Assembly: GCA_030603365.1 (NCBI GenBank)
Contig: JAUVXV010000015.1
Span: 1-64,000, forward strand
DNA length: 64,000 bases
Reading direction: 5' to 3'
DNA from: Candidatus Heimdallarchaeota archaeon
GTDB taxonomy: Archaea > Asgardarchaeota > Heimdallarchaeia > Heimdallarchaeales > Heimdallarchaeaceae
Positions 48,895 through 58,883 of the stretch are shown here, piece by piece (position 1 is the first letter of the stretch; each line of letters starts with the position of its first letter). Below the pieces are notes generated by a model. It had not been told where the DNA came from. It ran no database searches and saw only the letters and a list, made by a program, of their open reading frames with translations. The translations under genes and the position numbers were made by a program.

Positions 48895-50058
48895 CTATTT
48901 CCTTTTTTTACTGTAGACAACTAATGGTATTGCTAGGAATGTAATAATCATGATGAAAGATATGTAACCACTAGTATATTCGGAAATCTCTGGAATTACT
49001 TCTAAAGGATAAAGGTCTTGAGAACCTGCTGTACCATCAATTGTATAGTAACTACTTACTGCAGGACTCCAATTACTCCAATAATTTCCCTCGAGTAACA
49101 ATTCATCATACCACTGATCTCCAGCGTCATCTAGAGCTTGAATGGTGGAGCCAGCAAGATTGTTATCAAAGAATGCATTATGATATATCTTATTAATTCC
49201 TACTGAAAGAGACATACTTAATCCATATGATGTACTTGTTTCAACGTGATTATTAGTTATCACACTACCTGATGATCCCACAATCCTCATACCAAAGAAA
49301 TTACCTATTAGATAATTATTAGTAATAATTAAATCTAAACTGTCTTCAATTAGAATACCAGTATCAGCATTATTTGAACAAGTATTATGAGTGATGCTTG
49401 TACCATTTGAGTTCTCCACACTTATTCCTACCCCAACAGTTTCATTACAGATATTTTTGTGTATTAAAACTCCATGAGAATCTAGAATGTGAATACCAAG
49501 TTCTGCAACAATTTTATTATTTTTAACGTAAGTAAAGTCAGATTCTCTTATATCGATTCCACCTGTAAAGGAGACTATATAGTTATCATTAATTGTTGAG
49601 CTTATTCCTCCATTTAGTTTAAGACCATCGTTTCCTGTTGAGACTATCACATTATTGAGAATGACTACTGTTTCTTCAGCCATGTTTTGATATTTGCCCA
49701 AGAAAATAGCATAATTTGTGTCTGTCTTAAGAAAACAATTTTGGATAATGAAGTGTTTAGTAGTATAACCACCGAAATTAAGACAATAATCACCAGAAGT
49801 TGTGATATTGTAATTTTCAATACGATAAGGGTTAACAGCTGATCCTTCTCCAGGGAATCCATAAGATTCAAAATCAGAATCAACATCAATAGTCATTGGT
49901 GACTGTACAATCAAATCGTCTAATGATGGTAGATCTGAGAGGGGATTGGTTGATGTAGTAGCTGATGTTTTGTTTACTCCTGCATTTAATACTACAGTAT
50001 ATAGAATTAAAAGAGATAGAATTAACATAATTGATACTTTGAGATTGTTTCTTTTCAC
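48895..50058 (-). CDS. Secreted NosD-like beta-helix protein with C-terminal anchor (paralog of 17703..19055)
   Basis: G.GS..NPYRIENY, beta-helix repeats, EGNYW...DLYPL, ISEY+TM+KKRK. Confidence 0.88.
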   Translation of the reverse strand: MKRNNLKVSIMLILSLLILYTVVLNAGVNKTSATTSTNPLSDLPSLDDLIVQSPMTIDVDSDFESYGFPGEGSAVNPYRIENYNITTSGDYCLNFGGYTTKHFIIQNCFLKTDTNYAIFLGKYQNMAEETVVILNNVIVSTGNDGLKLNGGISSTINDNYIVSFTGGIDIRESDFTYVKNNKIVAELGIHILDSHGVLIHKNICNETVGVGISVENSNGTSITHNTCSNNADTGILIEDSLDLIITNNYLIGNFFGMRIVGSSGSVITNNHVETSTSYGLSMSLSVGINKIYHNAFFDNNLAGSTIQALDDAGDQWYDELLLEGNYWSNWSPAVSSYYTIDGTAGSQDLYPLEVIPEISEYTSGYISFIMIITFLAIPLVVYSKKRK

Positions 50059-50309
50059 GATAGTTCATTCCTGCGATTATTTATTATACTTGATAGTATT
50101 TGTATGCTACTAATGTATTTTTAAGTGTTATTGAAGCAAATCTTCTGATTATTCCTTTTTTTATTTTTTCAGCATTTTGCAAAGCTATCTCACTTCCAAG
50201 AAAGAGGGGATTATGACAATGCTTTTATTTCCTACATAAATTCAGATTTGAATTAGACCAGACATTCCAAATATTTAAATACACTATGGAAAATATAGTT
50301 CAGATATAA

Positions 50310-50768
50310 ATGAATCTAAATAAGACTCTAAAATTTATATTAGTAGTAGTAACTGTGGCACTATTTACATTGAATTTCAATGTGAGTGCTTTAGGTCCAA
50401 AAGTAGACATACAATATGTCTGTTATTGTGATTATGATGGAGATGGTGCATTAGATGATGTCTATGCTGAAGTTCTTCTTACACTTTTACCAGGAATAAA
50501 TCACCTAGTCTTTGAAGCCTCAGTTAAATTCATTGGAGAAATACTCTATACAATCTATAGAGATAATCACGTAATAACTGAAACAGAAATTCTATACAAA
50601 TTCTACTTCACCAACATTGCATTTCAAAGCGGAATATACATCTTTAAAGTATGGTTTGAGATAGAGAATAATGATCAAATTAGATATGTAAGTGATACTC
50701 AACCATTCGACCCACCAGAAGGAGATCCAGATTACCCTCCAGGAGGAGGCGTTACCCCGGGGCCTTAG
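50310..50768 (+). CDS. Small secreted protein with DxDxDG Ca-binding-type loop and Pro/Gly-rich C-terminus
   Basis: Signal peptide, DYDGDGALDD, C-terminus PFDPPEGDPDYPPGGGVTPGP. Confidence 0.75.
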   Translation: MNLNKTLKFILVVVTVALFTLNFNVSALGPKVDIQYVCYCDYDGDGALDDVYAEVLLTLLPGINHLVFEASVKFIGEILYTIYRDNHVITETEILYKFYFTNIAFQSGIYIFKVWFEIENNDQIRYVSDTQPFDPPEGDPDYPPGGGVTPGP

Positions 50769-50804
50769 TTTGACAAGACTTCACTAATCGAAAAAAACAG
50801 TTAT

Positions 50805-52040
50805 ATGGGATTAATAATGAAGGGATTCGCTCGAGATTTGATGGAAATACTGCGTTTATTAGAAAATTATCCACTTAAATCGTTCAGCGAACTAGCTCAA
50901 AAAATTAATCTGTCGCCCCAAACCTTCATTAGACGAGTAGATGAGTTAAGAGCTCAAGATGTTATCCGAGAAGTTCATTCCTCTCTTAATCCCGAAAGTT
51001 TACTGTTAGAAAGACATATTGTAATATTCTTAACAGAATCGATAGAAGAAATCAAAATTTTAGAGCTTGCGTGTGATATTCATCCTTACACCTCTTCAAG
51101 AAATAGAATCTTTGGGTCTGAGTACGGAGTATATACGGTATTCGACATACCTAAAGGTTCTTTCCGTAACCTGAAGCTCTTTCTTGAAAATCTGTTAGTA
51201 AGGAAATATTGTGTTAAATATTATACCTATAAATCTCAGGGAAGAAGAATATTTTATCCTCAACCTTTTTACAACAATATTACTGATCTTGAGGAATTCG
51301 ATCTTGATGCTTATCTTGTACAATCTACCACTCCTTTGTACACCGGTAAGGGAGGGAGGGAGTCCTCTTTATCCTCTTTAGAATTGCATCCCATAGAACT
51401 TCTGATTCTAAGGGACATTACTCTTGACTTTAGAACACCAATGAGCCAATTAATAAAAAAGTATCGAAAATACCTGAAATCAAAAAAAGGAGAATTGAGA
51501 GAGTACATCTTCCCTGAAACTTTTCGACCATATCTTGAAGAATTCTTTCGCGAAGAAAGAACTGAAAATGCAATCTACATGGATTTCAAAAAAAGATATC
51601 ATGCACTTATAGAAAAACATGTAGAAAACTATTGGCTGGGAATAAACAGAAAACATTTCGAGATGTTTATCAGATTCGGGTATATTATACGCAACATCTC
51701 TAAAGAAGAAAAATCAAGACTCTTCAGTCTTTTAAAGAATGAAAGACCACCATTTAGCATATATATCGAAGATTTAGGTCAGAACTTGTTTCTTACAGTA
51801 TCTCTACCTCCTTACTATCAAACTAAACTCTCTTACTTAATGAAAGAAAGGTATGAAAAATTTTCAGCTTACTTGTTGGATAGCTTTGGATATAATGCAT
51901 TGAAATATAGATTTTATACAGGGAATTATGATATTGAAAATAAAGAATGGAGGCAAGATGAGGAGTGGATGGTAACTAGGGTCACTAAAGGCATAGAAGA
52001 AAAACTAACGAAAAAAGAATACAGAAAAGTAGAAACTTAG
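50805..52040 (+). CDS. Duplicated Lrp/AsnC-like winged-helix regulator
   Basis: N-terminal HTH (FSELAQKINLSPQTF..RV..L) and a second degenerate module from LHPIELLIL. Confidence 0.75.
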   Translation: MGLIMKGFARDLMEILRLLENYPLKSFSELAQKINLSPQTFIRRVDELRAQDVIREVHSSLNPESLLLERHIVIFLTESIEEIKILELACDIHPYTSSRNRIFGSEYGVYTVFDIPKGSFRNLKLFLENLLVRKYCVKYYTYKSQGRRIFYPQPFYNNITDLEEFDLDAYLVQSTTPLYTGKGGRESSLSSLELHPIELLILRDITLDFRTPMSQLIKKYRKYLKSKKGELREYIFPETFRPYLEEFFREERTENAIYMDFKKRYHALIEKHVENYWLGINRKHFEMFIRFGYIIRNISKEEKSRLFSLLKNERPPFSIYIEDLGQNLFLTVSLPPYYQTKLSYLMKERYEKFSAYLLDSFGYNALKYRFYTGNYDIENKEWRQDEEWMVTRVTKGIEEKLTKKEYRKVET

Positions 52041-52050
52041 AGGAGTAAAA

Positions 52051-52443
52051 ATGGTAAGAGTGTATATTGTTGAGGACAATAGATTAGTGCAGGATTTGTA
52101 TGTAATGTATTTGTCTAAAATGGGACATGAAATAATAGGACAATCATATAATGGTATAGAGGCTTTAGTTGACTTATATTTAAATCACAGGAAGAATCCA
52201 CCAGATCTAATAATTCTAGATTATTTAATGCCAGGAAAGAATGGTTTGGAGCTGTTGCACGACTTACAAAAACTAAATTATATTAAGAATACTAAAGTTA
52301 TGCTAATTACTGGAGTTACTGAACAAAAAAGTTCAGCCTTGGAGATGGGAGTGTCCAAATTTCTTCAGAAACCATTTGATTACGAAATATTAAGTCAGTC
52401 AATCAAAGAATTAGCATTTGAGGAGACGACAATTAGGATGTGA
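52051..52443 (+). CDS. Single-domain response regulator (receiver domain)
   Basis: IVED, PDLIILDYLMP.KNG, IT, FLQKPF; GAGGAG RBS. Confidence 0.92.
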   Translation: MVRVYIVEDNRLVQDLYVMYLSKMGHEIIGQSYNGIEALVDLYLNHRKNPPDLIILDYLMPGKNGLELLHDLQKLNYIKNTKVMLITGVTEQKSSALEMGVSKFLQKPFDYEILSQSIKELAFEETTIRM

Positions 52444-52499
52444 ATTTTCCAGCAACTGTACAAGCTGCAAATTTAACATCATGTTTTTTCTTTTAGTTA

Positions 52500-53228
52500 T
52501 TAGAGTTTCTCTAAGAGAACTTCCAATGTGAATGGTTTTCCATGACCTGGGTAAATTGTTATTATTTGATATTGTTTCAGTTTTTCAATACTCTCATTAT
52601 ATTCCTCGTGATTGTCGATTAGAGAGAATTTAGCAGGTTCTTTAGTATTCTCAAGTAAATCTCCACAGAAAAGATTGCCATTATCAGTTAGAAAACCTAT
52701 AGAACCTTTTGAGTGACCTGGAAAATGAATTACTTTCGCATCAAAACCATATATGGATAAGTCATCCCCTTCCTCGACATAGATATCTGGTTTAAATCTA
52801 TCTTGCTTTTTTAAATTCATCCTCAGTAAAAATAATGCTGTTTTGAGCAGTATTTTAACGATAATATTCACATTAGATCTACTATAGAAAAAATCTCCAT
52901 ACTCAACCATTCCTGAATCTTCTTTATGCATTGCAACTTCTGCACCATATTTGTCTCTGAAATAAGCACAGTTTCCAGTATGGTCAAAGTCACCATGAGT
53001 TAACAAGATAAGATTAAGATTTGCAGATGTACAACCTGCATTAGTGAGTGCTTCTTCGATAACTAGACGCTCACTTGTATAGCCAGTGTCAATTAGAACA
53101 AAACCATCGTTAATTTCTATTAGAAAACAATTTGTTTTCTTTGAAGTAATAGTTAAAGGAGATGTGGATTTTGATATCACACTATTGTTGAGATGATTCA
53201 TTGGTTCTTCTTCTGAGTTTTCAAGCAT
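52500..53228 (-). CDS. Metallo-beta-lactamase fold hydrolase
   Basis: LIDTG, THGDFDHTG, PGHS, GD, PGHG. Confidence 0.9.
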   Translation of the reverse strand: MLENSEEEPMNHLNNSVISKSTSPLTITSKKTNCFLIEINDGFVLIDTGYTSERLVIEEALTNAGCTSANLNLILLTHGDFDHTGNCAYFRDKYGAEVAMHKEDSGMVEYGDFFYSRSNVNIIVKILLKTALFLLRMNLKKQDRFKPDIYVEEGDDLSIYGFDAKVIHFPGHSKGSIGFLTDNGNLFCGDLLENTKEPAKFSLIDNHEEYNESIEKLKQYQIITIYPGHGKPFTLEVLLEKL

Positions 53229-53498
53229 AATTGGGAATAAATTCGTACTTACTTATATGTTTGTAAAAATCAGATTTAAACTCAAAATTACAAATGATTC
53301 ATCATACTCTGTCGAGAATAAATATCAGAATTCTAGCTTGGACTTGCTTCCAGTTGAAATAGAGGTGATTTCCACTGCCAAGAAGCTACTGTGATTCTAT
53401 AAGGAAGAGAATATAATAAGGTGTCTTCCTGTTTTCTCAAACGAATTTCTTTGCATTGTTTTGAAAAATAAAATTCTAGAAGTAAGATTCCGTGAGAA

Positions 53499-53867
53499 GT
53501 AATCTCTCACGGATACATTGGATCTATCAAATACATGGATGATATTAGTTCAGCTGGATAGCATTATTCGGTTAGTAAGAAGGATTTAGTGAGTTGAAAT
53601 AAGCATTGGATAAACAAACATGAAAGTATAGCAGAAACAATACCTGATGATCTGCTAATTCTGGAAACAGATAATCTACCTGAAGATTCATTTAAACCTC
53701 CAGTAAAAGTTCTATCTGAAGTATATGAAAATGTATCTAGAATCAGAGAAGTAATTGTTGAAGATTTGAAAGAGCTTTGTAGAGGAAATGCACTCAAACT
53801 AGTACAAGAAGATTTTAAGCTAGGAAAAAATTACCATTATATTACAGTTTTCGTAGACGATATTTGA
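53499..53867 (+). pseudogene. tatD: Decayed TatD-family DNase, C-terminal remnant
   Basis: One frame reads VISHGYIGS...AG*HYSV...S*...IAETIPDDLLILETD...VYENVSRIR...EDLKELCRGNALKL with two internal stops (53559, 53595). Confidence 0.7.
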
Positions 53868-53903
53868 TGATCTTTTGGAAACAAACCAGCCAATGATAAA
53901 GGA

Positions 53904-56627
53904 TTAATTTAGAGTAAAACCATATCTTCTACTTCTACTTTTAAATGCATCCTCGCCCCCTTCTAAGGAAATTACAGATTTCAAAGTTTCAGGACAATCA
54001 AGATAACCAGTTTGATTAACTTTACCCTTTTTATCACCTAAAGCTTTGATTTCATGTATCAATTCTGAATCAGCTAACACTGGAATGTTGGGATTGTGTG
54101 TAACGAATATTTGTTGAGTATGATATTTCGATTTACTAATAGCATCAATTACTTGTGTAATAAAATAATGATGATCCATTTCTGATTCAGGAGTATCTAT
54201 TATCAAGATTCTAGGATTTGATTTTTGAAGTAGAATTATACTCAAAATAGTGCCACATTTTTCCCCTAGACTAAGTTCTTCTAGCTGTTCATGTTTTAAA
54301 TCTTTCAATAATTGTATTCTAGGCAGGTGGGGCACGGGTTGCATTATAGCATTCATAAAACCTTCATCAATTCTTTTGGTATGAAGAATAGAAACAACTC
54401 TTTTATCCACATTTTTCTCGAGCAACTGAGAGTATTTAGATGTAGAATTTAAATATTCAAACAATTCTAAAGGATGTACAAAAGTTTTTAACAGATTTCT
54501 AAATTTAATTTCTTTGTTTCTAATTTTATATTCATTCCCAGTGAATTTAATAACTAGATTATCAATTACTTCATCCAAATAACGTTTATTACTGAACTCG
54601 ATTCTAATATTGGGCAAATTTTTGCTTATGTACGAAGCAGTTTCATCTCTCTTTTTTTGAATTTTTGAATCAATTTTTATAATTTGTTTTATATTCCTAA
54701 GTATGCCATTTTCTATTTCAATAATTTCCTTGTTTAATTCTTCATACTCAGGAATAAAAGTTTTATTTATTGAAATCAATTCTTCCCTTTTACCATTTAG
54801 ATTATCAACAATTGCACCAACATCATGTGTGGTTTTGTCCAATTTAGATTTGTACTCACTCTCAACCTCATCGTACATCTTTTTCCATTTATCCAACAAA
54901 CCGCTTATTTCATCATGGATTTTAATAGTTAAACTTTCATTTAGTATGCTACGAACTCTCTCTTTCAGCTGATCTATAAATTCGCTATTTTTTACAGAAA
55001 TTTCATTTATTAAATCATTATTCAAAATTGAATCTTTCTCTAAAGTAGGAGTTTTTGGATAAGGTACATCACACATCACAGTAGCTATTTTCTCAAGAAA
55101 TTTTTGTGTGTTTTTTATAAACTTGAATTCTTCTTGCCATTCCTGATAATTTTGGACAAAATCAAATTTAACTAGAGCGGATAGTTCATCAATTCTATCT
55201 TCTAAATTTCCTTTTTGGTTTATTTTTTCTTCTAGGGTTTCAATTTTCTCTTGAATTTCAATAATTTCTTGTATTTTACTTTTAATATATCCACATTCTT
55301 TGTTTCTTAGTTTGAAGAGCTTTTTATCCTCAATATAATCATCAATGAGTTTAAGCTGATCACCGGTTTTCTTAGCTATTTCAACAAGCTCTCCTTGACC
55401 ATAAATTTCTGTTTCTATAAGTGTGCTTAATTTTTCAACTTCTTCACGAATAATACTATCATTGTGCAAGTAAAATAGAATTGTATTTCCTTGATTAGAA
55501 ATATCTTCTACATATGTTCTCTTCACAATGTACAATTTACCATCATTACCGTAAAAATATACATATACTGAGTTACCGTATGATAGAAGATTCATTATCT
55601 TGGATTCATATTCTTTATAACCTATTTCAGTAATCGGTAAATCATTGAATGCAAATTGAATCAGATTAACTAAAGTTGATTTTCCAGCACCTCTACCTCC
55701 AATCAAAACATTAAGATTAGGATGAAAAGCTATCAATTCATCCTCAAAATATCCACCTGAAACATGTACTCCCAAAATTCTTTGTTTAGTTATTGATGGT
55801 GGATCTTGCCTAATTACTCTTAATTTGGGTTCTCTCAGTACTTTCTTTAAGTTTTCAAATGTGGGATTTTGCATTTTTAGAAAAGAGTATCTTGAACCGA
55901 TTTTTCTTTCATCCTCAGATGTATCATCTAATGTATGACAATCTGAACCGAATAAACAAGGTCTATAGAGGAAGTTCAAACCTTCATCAGTTCCATCAAA
56001 GAACTTTGTATCATTTTCATCTCTGATTTCTACAAAGAATGGCAAGTTTTTTATCCTTTCTGCAATCACAACTCTATATGAATCTCGAAATTCGTTTCCA
56101 AAGCCTTTATGACTACTTGAATGAGCTAGAATAGCAATTCCATTTTTATCATTAATTATTTTGATAACTTCAAACAGACCTAAAGGATCAGGTTTAGCAA
56201 CTGCAGTTTTTGGATCACAGTTTTCCTCAATATTAAGAGTTCGAAGAATTGAATTAATCATTGACTCTTCTTCATGTATTGCTATTACATGAACATAAGG
56301 ATGTTGAGAAGAATCAACAAGAGATTTAGGTACGTTGATCTCCACACCTGCTAAGACTAATATTCCATACTTCATTGCTTTCTCTTTAAAAATTTCAAAA
56401 TCCTTAATACAATTATGATCAGTTAGAGCAATTATTTCTAAACCAACATCATTGGCTTTTTTCATAAGCTTTTCAGCGTATTCATCAACAGTCAGATCTG
56501 ATTTAACATCATATGAGTTTAGAGTGTGTATATGTAAATCAGCTTTATAGAATTTAGATGATTTTTCTTCTAAAATACCTAACAAAAGTTCGATATTTGC
56601 TTTAATTCTTTCATCCTCAGATTTCAT
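53904..56627 (-). CDS. PHP phosphoesterase fused to a coiled-coil ABC-type ATPase (Ppl/TrlF-like, putative antiviral)
   Basis: DLHIHT, LTDHN, GVEI, SDCH; Walker A GGRGAGKST, YGQGE, long coiled coil, LSLGEK, IIDTPE, VTHN. Confidence 0.85.
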   Translation of the reverse strand: MKSEDERIKANIELLLGILEEKSSKFYKADLHIHTLNSYDVKSDLTVDEYAEKLMKKANDVGLEIIALTDHNCIKDFEIFKEKAMKYGILVLAGVEINVPKSLVDSSQHPYVHVIAIHEEESMINSILRTLNIEENCDPKTAVAKPDPLGLFEVIKIINDKNGIAILAHSSSHKGFGNEFRDSYRVVIAERIKNLPFFVEIRDENDTKFFDGTDEGLNFLYRPCLFGSDCHTLDDTSEDERKIGSRYSFLKMQNPTFENLKKVLREPKLRVIRQDPPSITKQRILGVHVSGGYFEDELIAFHPNLNVLIGGRGAGKSTLVNLIQFAFNDLPITEIGYKEYESKIMNLLSYGNSVYVYFYGNDGKLYIVKRTYVEDISNQGNTILFYLHNDSIIREEVEKLSTLIETEIYGQGELVEIAKKTGDQLKLIDDYIEDKKLFKLRNKECGYIKSKIQEIIEIQEKIETLEEKINQKGNLEDRIDELSALVKFDFVQNYQEWQEEFKFIKNTQKFLEKIATVMCDVPYPKTPTLEKDSILNNDLINEISVKNSEFIDQLKERVRSILNESLTIKIHDEISGLLDKWKKMYDEVESEYKSKLDKTTHDVGAIVDNLNGKREELISINKTFIPEYEELNKEIIEIENGILRNIKQIIKIDSKIQKKRDETASYISKNLPNIRIEFSNKRYLDEVIDNLVIKFTGNEYKIRNKEIKFRNLLKTFVHPLELFEYLNSTSKYSQLLEKNVDKRVVSILHTKRIDEGFMNAIMQPVPHLPRIQLLKDLKHEQLEELSLGEKCGTILSIILLQKSNPRILIIDTPESEMDHHYFITQVIDAISKSKYHTQQIFVTHNPNIPVLADSELIHEIKALGDKKGKVNQTGYLDCPETLKSVISLEGGEDAFKSRSRRYGFTLN

Positions 56628-56825
56628 TTTTTATTCCCCTCACTTGTATTTTAGTCAAAAAATACTAATATGCAGTATTCATTTTATATATTTAAGTTTT
56701 TTTTACATTTTTAATTAGAAACGTATGTTTTTCGTTATACAGTAAGATATTGACTCTTCCAAGAAAGAGGACAATTTGAGATCATCAATTTTATTTTTTC
56801 GTTTCTAAAGTTCAACAAAATAATA

Positions 56826-57386
56826 TCATAAATGCATTATCTCAAAATCCCATTCTCCTTTCTTTTTATCGGATGGAATTCCTCTTCCTTCTCTATAATA
56901 GTTTTCATACCAACTTCCCTTATAGTTAATAAATCGGTAGAAATCAATATTCCTATCTATACTTAGAAAGTAGACTCTTTTAATGTCATCATCATATCTT
57001 TTTAGATCCTGAAATTTCTTAATATCTTTTTGAGCATCTTCATCTTTTAATTTTGGTAAAAATTTAAACTCAAAAACAAACCAAAATCGGCCTATATCTC
57101 TTGTCCAAATTTCTTCATATTCCCATTCAGAATCTGCTTGTGATTTCATTATCACCAAATCGTAGAAGTAATTATTATCTGGATCTTTATATTGTAGGAA
57201 CATTCTTATTCCCGGATATTTATCAATAAAAGGCCTCAGATAGTGATAAAATGAAGCAATTAAAGTATCTTCATAATACATTATCTTTCTATTCTCCAAA
57301 TCTTCCTTTACTTTTACAGCCCATACTCTTTCAATTTCCTCCTCTAGTTCACTTATGTTAGGATAATCCTTCCTTCTTTCATTCAT
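56826..57386 (-). CDS. Putative PD-(D/E)xK nuclease
   Basis: E.TL...FY..L helix, YDLVI, FEFK, DIKK; GAGGAGG RBS. Confidence 0.65.
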   Translation of the reverse strand: MNERRKDYPNISELEEEIERVWAVKVKEDLENRKIMYYEDTLIASFYHYLRPFIDKYPGIRMFLQYKDPDNNYFYDLVIMKSQADSEWEYEEIWTRDIGRFWFVFEFKFLPKLKDEDAQKDIKKFQDLKRYDDDIKRVYFLSIDRNIDFYRFINYKGSWYENYYREGRGIPSDKKKGEWDFEIMHL

Positions 57387-57626
57387 TAAACAACCTCCTC
57401 TGATTGCACGTAATTATTTGACTATACCTTTATTAATATTATGATTAACCTTGCATTAAGGTCTCCTTATTGTAATTTCCTTCTTATAAGAAGAGATGAT
57501 TACTTGCATTATTTTGCAATTACTTCTTTACATATATCTAAAATACGGAATTTTATGTTTTCTTTTATAGATTTTCAGAAAAGGGAAACAAAAAGTTTTA
57601 TTTCTTACCAATTATAATCTAGATAT

Positions 57627-58694
57627 ATGGGTGAGAATATGGATAAAAGATATCAAGTATTTGTTAGTTCAACTTTTGAGGATTTAAAGGAAGAAAGAAG
57701 CGAGATTATTCATGCACTTTTAGAATTAAATTGCATTCCAAGTGGAATGGAATTGTTTCCTGCAGCAAATGAAGATCAATGGACTCTAATAAAACAAGTA
57801 ATTGAAGATTGTGATTATTATATTGTGATAGTTGGAGGAAGATATGGTTCAATAGGAATTGATGGGACAAGTTATACAGAAATGGAATATGATTATGCAG
57901 TAGAATCAGGAAAACCTGTAATTGCTTTTTTACATGAAAATCCGGACAACCTTCCAGTTAGAAAAGTAGATAGAGAAACACAGAAATCAGAAAAATTAAA
58001 CCAGTTCAGATTGAAGCTTAAAGAAAAAGTGTGCAAAACATGGACTAATGCTGAGAATCTGGGAGCTGTAGTTAGCAGAAGTTTAATTAGTTTGATGAAA
58101 ACTCATCCAGCTGTTGGTTGGGTGAGGGGAGATTTAATTCCTGATGAGGACGCAACTAAAGAGATTTTAAATTTAAGAAGAGAAATAGATGAGTTAAATC
58201 AAAGATTATCAGAGTATGAAAAAGAGACAATAACTGATATAGACAACTTATCTAAAGGTGAGGATAAGTTTGATATTATCTATTCATTCAGTGTTACTAG
58301 AGGATTATTAGATGTTTATACTTATGAATATAACAGCGTAGCTGTTAAATGGAATGAGATTTTTGCTGAAATTGCACCTTTGATGATTGCTGAAGCATCT
58401 GAAGAAAAACTTAAGCGGAGAATAAATAAATTTCTGGAAAGAGAACTTAAGCTCAAAATACCTGACGAACTTCTTAGATTGAAAGAAAAGGGGACACTTA
58501 GATTGGGATCCTTCAGAATCATTGATAAAAGCTTTGATTCAATAAAAGTACAATTCCGAGCTTTAGGATTAATAGAAAAAAGCACAAAAAAGCGAAGTGT
58601 TACAGATTTAAATGCATATTGGATTCTCACCAGAACTGGGGACTTATTCATGACACAGCTAATGGCAATAAAAAAAGAAGAACAGCCTCTATGA
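57627..58694 (+). CDS. DUF4062 domain protein (TIR/NDT-like fold) with coiled coil
   Basis: YQVFVSSTF.DL.EER, MELFPA, DYYIVIVGGRYGS, SYTEMEYDYA. Confidence 0.88.
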   Translation: MGENMDKRYQVFVSSTFEDLKEERSEIIHALLELNCIPSGMELFPAANEDQWTLIKQVIEDCDYYIVIVGGRYGSIGIDGTSYTEMEYDYAVESGKPVIAFLHENPDNLPVRKVDRETQKSEKLNQFRLKLKEKVCKTWTNAENLGAVVSRSLISLMKTHPAVGWVRGDLIPDEDATKEILNLRREIDELNQRLSEYEKETITDIDNLSKGEDKFDIIYSFSVTRGLLDVYTYEYNSVAVKWNEIFAEIAPLMIAEASEEKLKRRINKFLERELKLKIPDELLRLKEKGTLRLGSFRIIDKSFDSIKVQFRALGLIEKSTKKRSVTDLNAYWILTRTGDLFMTQLMAIKKEEQPL

Positions 58695-58883
58695 TGTTCC
58701 TGAACCTAGCAGAATCAAATTAGAAGAGTTTACTAGTTTAATGGAAATCAGTTCAAGGAAGATCAAATCATTACTATTCAGTGAAAAACCAGAGAATTTG
58801 TTAGAGTGGTAGAAAATTTTTCATTAGATGAGGTCACCGCTGTTCTTCAAATGCTTAATGTAATCAAATTAGCATCAACTTCT
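58687..58883 (+). pseudogene. Frameshifted C-terminal remnant of a paralog of the regulator at 21554..22243
   Basis: LYDVPEPSRIKLEEFTSLMEISSRKIKSLLFSEKP /frameshift near 58792/ EFVRVVENFSLDEVTAVLQMLNVIKLASTS versus LYDVPDPELANLEQFTNSMMDSSKRITSKLFNEKSEEFVQIVEKLSLAEITAVLQTLSLIDLVSTS. Confidence 0.8.

Noticed and set aside
53559-53597. In-frame TAG and TGA in tatD as pyrrolysine/selenocysteine recoding
   Set aside because: Two different stops, no intact 5' half and degraded motifs indicate ordinary pseudogenisation.
53564-53797. 77-aa minus-strand ORF
   Set aside because: It is the antisense shadow of the tatD remnant on the plus strand.
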